Positions 29,919 to 32,870 of a DNA stretch of 32,870 nucleotides are shown in pieces. Source of the stretch: Acidobacteriota bacterium (GTDB taxonomy: Bacteria > Acidobacteriota > CAIWXX01); assembly GCA_040755995.1 (NCBI GenBank), contig JBFMAF010000017.1, positions 1 through 32,870 on the forward strand, read 5' to 3'. A model generated the notes under the pieces. It was not told the DNA's origin. It ran no database searches and saw nothing but the letters and a program-made list of their open reading frames with translations. The first letter of the stretch is position 1. Each line of letters begins with the position of its first letter. The position numbers and the translations under genes were made by a program.

Positions 29919-31556
29919 ATGAACAACGCCGCCGGTTACCCCATCCTTTCACTGATCACATACATACCGATTGCCGGCGCCCTGGTTCTTCTGTTCGTCA
30001 ACAAGAAGAGCGAGGGCTTCATCAAGTGGTTCACGAACATCGTGGCGTTCGCGGACATGGTGGTCTCGTTCTTCCTGCTCCCGAAGTTCAACACCGGCAC
30101 GGCGGACATGCAGTTCATCGAGCGTGTGCCGTGGATTGACAAGATCGGCGCTCAGTACTTCTTCGGCATCGACGGAATCAGCCTCCTGCTCGTGCTCCTT
30201 ACTACCGTCCTCGGCTTCTTGTCCATCCTCTCATCGTGGACCGCGATCACCGAGCGCGTGAAGGAGTACTACATCTTCATGCTGGTGCTCCAGACGGGGA
30301 TGCTGGGTGTCTTCGTCTCGCTCGACTTCTTCCTCTTCTACGTCTTCTGGGAAGTGATGCTCGTTCCGATGTACTTCCTGATCGGTGTCTGGGGAGGCCC
30401 GAGGAAGCTGTACGCGGCGATCAAGTTCTTCCTGTACACGCTGTTCGGCAGCGTCCTGATGCTGATCGGCATTCTGACCGTCTACTTCCACTACTACGCA
30501 AAAACGGGCGTCTACACTTTCGACGTGCTGAAGCTGACCGAATTTCTGATCCAGAATCCGCTCGCCCACACTCTCGGGATCTGGATCTTCCTCGCATTCT
30601 GGGTCGCGTTCGCGATCAAGGTGCCGATGTTCCCGTTCCACACGTGGTTGCCGGATGCTCACGTCGAGGCCCCCACGGCCGGCTCGGTCATCCTGGCCGG
30701 CGTTCTGCTGAAGATGGGGACGTACGGATTCGTGAGATTCTCTCTTCCGATGTTCCCCGGGCCGACCAAGGAGATGCTGCCGTGGGTGATCGGCCTCTCG
30801 CTCATTGCCATCGTTTACGGCGCCCTGGTCGCGATGATGCAGAAGGACTGGAAGAAGCTGGTCGCATACAGCTCGGTCTCGCACCTCGGCTTCTGCACCC
30901 TCGGCATCTTCGCCCTTAATCCCGTCGGAATCGAAGGCGGCATGCTCCAGATGATCAACCACGGAATCTCCACTGGCGCGCTGTTCTTGATCGTCGGCAT
31001 AATCTACGAGCGACGCCACACCAGGGACCTCTCCGAGTTCGGCGGACTGTCCAAGGTCATGCCAGTTTACGCGGCGGTGTTCGCGATCATGACCATGTCG
31101 TCGATCGGGCTGCCGGGGCTCAATGGATTCATTGGAGAGTTCTTCATCCTGGTAGGTGCCTTCGAGGTCAAGTGGTGGTGGGCGCTGATCGCCACATCGG
31201 GAATTGTGCTGGGAGCCGCATACATGCTCTGGGCCTACCAGCGCATCATGTTCGGCAAGATCGAGAACGAGAAGAACAAGAACCTCACCGACCTGAACTT
31301 GCGCGAGTTCGCCACCTTCGTGCCGCTGATCATCTTCGCATTCTGGATCGGCCTGTATCCGAAGCCGTTTATTCGCATCATCGAGAAGCCGATCGAGAAG
31401 ATCGTCGAACAGGTTCAGCCAGGCTACTTCGCCCGGCAGCAGAAGCCGATCGAGCCGAGGGAGTCAGGGCCTGCACCGGCGCACTCAGCCGCGGAGCCGG
31501 CGGCATCGCACGAGGGAGTCGAGCCTGCGGCGCACGCAGGAGCCGGCAATGAGTAG
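29919..31556 (+). CDS. nuoM: Complex I subunit M
   Basis: 545 aa; FYVFWEVML, KVPMFPFHTWLPDAHVEAP, LLKMGTYG, AYSSVSH. Confidence 0.97.
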   Translation: MNNAAGYPILSLITYIPIAGALVLLFVNKKSEGFIKWFTNIVAFADMVVSFFLLPKFNTGTADMQFIERVPWIDKIGAQYFFGIDGISLLLVLLTTVLGFLSILSSWTAITERVKEYYIFMLVLQTGMLGVFVSLDFFLFYVFWEVMLVPMYFLIGVWGGPRKLYAAIKFFLYTLFGSVLMLIGILTVYFHYYAKTGVYTFDVLKLTEFLIQNPLAHTLGIWIFLAFWVAFAIKVPMFPFHTWLPDAHVEAPTAGSVILAGVLLKMGTYGFVRFSLPMFPGPTKEMLPWVIGLSLIAIVYGALVAMMQKDWKKLVAYSSVSHLGFCTLGIFALNPVGIEGGMLQMINHGISTGALFLIVGIIYERRHTRDLSEFGGLSKVMPVYAAVFAIMTMSSIGLPGLNGFIGEFFILVGAFEVKWWWALIATSGIVLGAAYMLWAYQRIMFGKIENEKNKNLTDLNLREFATFVPLIIFAFWIGLYPKPFIRIIEKPIEKIVEQVQPGYFARQQKPIEPRESGPAPAHSAAEPAASHEGVEPAAHAGAGNE

Positions 31557-32870
31557 CCCGCTCTTCTCCTGGGCGGACGTCGCCAGAATCGCCCCCGAGC
31601 TCTGGATCGCGGGCATGGCGATGGTGCTGCTCGTCGTGGACATCTTCGTGCCGCGCGGCAAGAAGATGTGGCTCGGCGTGATCTCGCTGCTGATATGCAT
31701 CGGCGGGATCGGCCTCGTCGGCACGGCGGGCACGGGCGGCCTCATCTTCTCGAACTTGTTCAGCACTGATGCGTATTCGTCCTTCTTCAAGATGATCTTC
31801 CTGGTTGCGACACTCCTCACGATCCTGATGTCGATACGCTTCCTGGAGATCGAAGAGGCCCACCTCGGGGAGTACTACTTCTTGCTCCTGGCGGCTGTTG
31901 CCGGCATGATGTTCATGGCGGCAGCCGTCGACCTGATCGCGATCTACATCAGTCTCGAGACCATGGCCATTGCCTGCTACGTGCTCACCGGCTTCTTCAA
32001 GCGCGATGCGAAGAGCAACGAAGCGGCGATGAAGTACTTCCTGCTCGGCGCCTTCGCCTCCGGGATACTGCTTTATGGCATGGCCCTTGTCTACGGCCTC
32101 ACCGGTTCGACCAATCTTTACCAGATCGCGGAGAAGCTCCAGGCTGGCGGCCAGGATCACGCCGTGTTGATCCTGGGGATGCTGTTGATCCTCTCAGGGT
32201 TGGGGTTCAAGGTGGCGGCCGTGCCGTTTCACATGTGGGCACCGGACATCTACCAGGGAGCGCCGACCCCGGTCACGGGGTTCCTCTCGGTGGGCCCCAA
32301 GGCGGCCTACTTCTCCGTCTTCCTGCGGATCTGCCTCGTCGGGCTGATGCCGCTCGCGACCGACTGGAAGATGATGCTCGCCTGGATCTCGTTTTTCACG
32401 ATGGCGGTGGGCAATATCGGGGCTATCGTGCAGACCAACGTGAAGCGGCTGCTTGCCTACTCATCCATCGCGCACGTGGGCTATCTGCTCATGGGTCTTC
32501 TGGCTGGCGGCGACGATTTCGGAATTCCGGGGGTACTGCTCTACCTGTTCGTCTACGTCTTCATGAACCTGGGCGCGTTCGGCATCGTTATCTACCTGCG
32601 CAGCACGGGCCAGGTTGGAGATGAGATCGAGCACTTCCAGGGCCTTGCTCAGAAGAACCCCTGGGCGGCCGGCCTGATGATCGTCTTCCTGCTCTCGCTC
32701 ACGGGCATTCCGCCGACGGCGGGCTTCGTCGGGAAGTACTTTTTGTTCGCCGCCGCGGTGCAGGAAGGCTGGATGCTGCTGGCAGTGGCCGGCGTGGTCT
32801 TCTCGGCCGTGTCGCTGTACTACTACTTCAAGATCGCAGTGGCGATGTACATGGGCGAGCCCACCGAGCG
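31549..32870 (+). CDS. nuoN: Complex I subunit N (partial, runs off the window)
   Basis: Manual translation from ATG 31549 (not in the ORF track): APELW...GEYY...SLE...SNEAAMKYFLLGAFASG...FKVAAVPFHMWAPDIYQGAP...KRLLAYSSIAHVGY...GIPPTAGFVGKY. Confidence 0.95.
   Translation, partial: MSSPLFSWADVARIAPELWIAGMAMVLLVVDIFVPRGKKMWLGVISLLICIGGIGLVGTAGTGGLIFSNLFSTDAYSSFFKMIFLVATLLTILMSIRFLEIEEAHLGEYYFLLLAAVAGMMFMAAAVDLIAIYISLETMAIACYVLTGFFKRDAKSNEAAMKYFLLGAFASGILLYGMALVYGLTGSTNLYQIAEKLQAGGQDHAVLILGMLLILSGLGFKVAAVPFHMWAPDIYQGAPTPVTGFLSVGPKAAYFSVFLRICLVGLMPLATDWKMMLAWISFFTMAVGNIGAIVQTNVKRLLAYSSIAHVGYLLMGLLAGGDDFGIPGVLLYLFVYVFMNLGAFGIVIYLRSTGQVGDEIEHFQGLAQKNPWAAGLMIVFLLSLTGIPPTAGFVGKYFLFAAAVQEGWMLLAVAGVVFSAVSLYYYFKIAVAMYMGEPTE

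Overview
GC-rich bacterial window (lineage not determinable from the sequence; gene content would fit an Acidobacteriota-like anaerobe, which is a guess) with two parts. (1) 1-22.5 kb is an accessory, heavily eroded region. It holds a DUF104-type antitoxin/PIN toxin pair between two copies of an ABC-exporter 3' end, a beta-propeller GGDEF cyclase, and an ECF sigma/anti-sigma/Spy-like lipoprotein operon. It also holds a lower-GC MEDS-PAS-GAF-PocR-GAF-GAF-PAS hybrid kinase split by one in-frame TGA, secreted transglutaminase-like, GH-A and SBBP/Ig proteins, a NarL regulator with a collapsed sensor, a small Lrp/AsnC-domain protein and a frameshifted RAYT transposase with internal REP hairpins. 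(2) 22.6 kb to the end is an intact nuoABCDHIJKLMN operon with no nuoEFG. Top observations: NuoL has a ~26-aa duplication in its amphipathic helix (the '2M' complex I hallmark) although only one nuoM lies between nuoL and nuoN; a collapsed second copy of the ECF operon puts its upstream motif in front of the secreted transglutaminase/glycosidase pair; several genes show internal-deletion chimeras; and short tandem repeats occupy the three widest nuo spacers.
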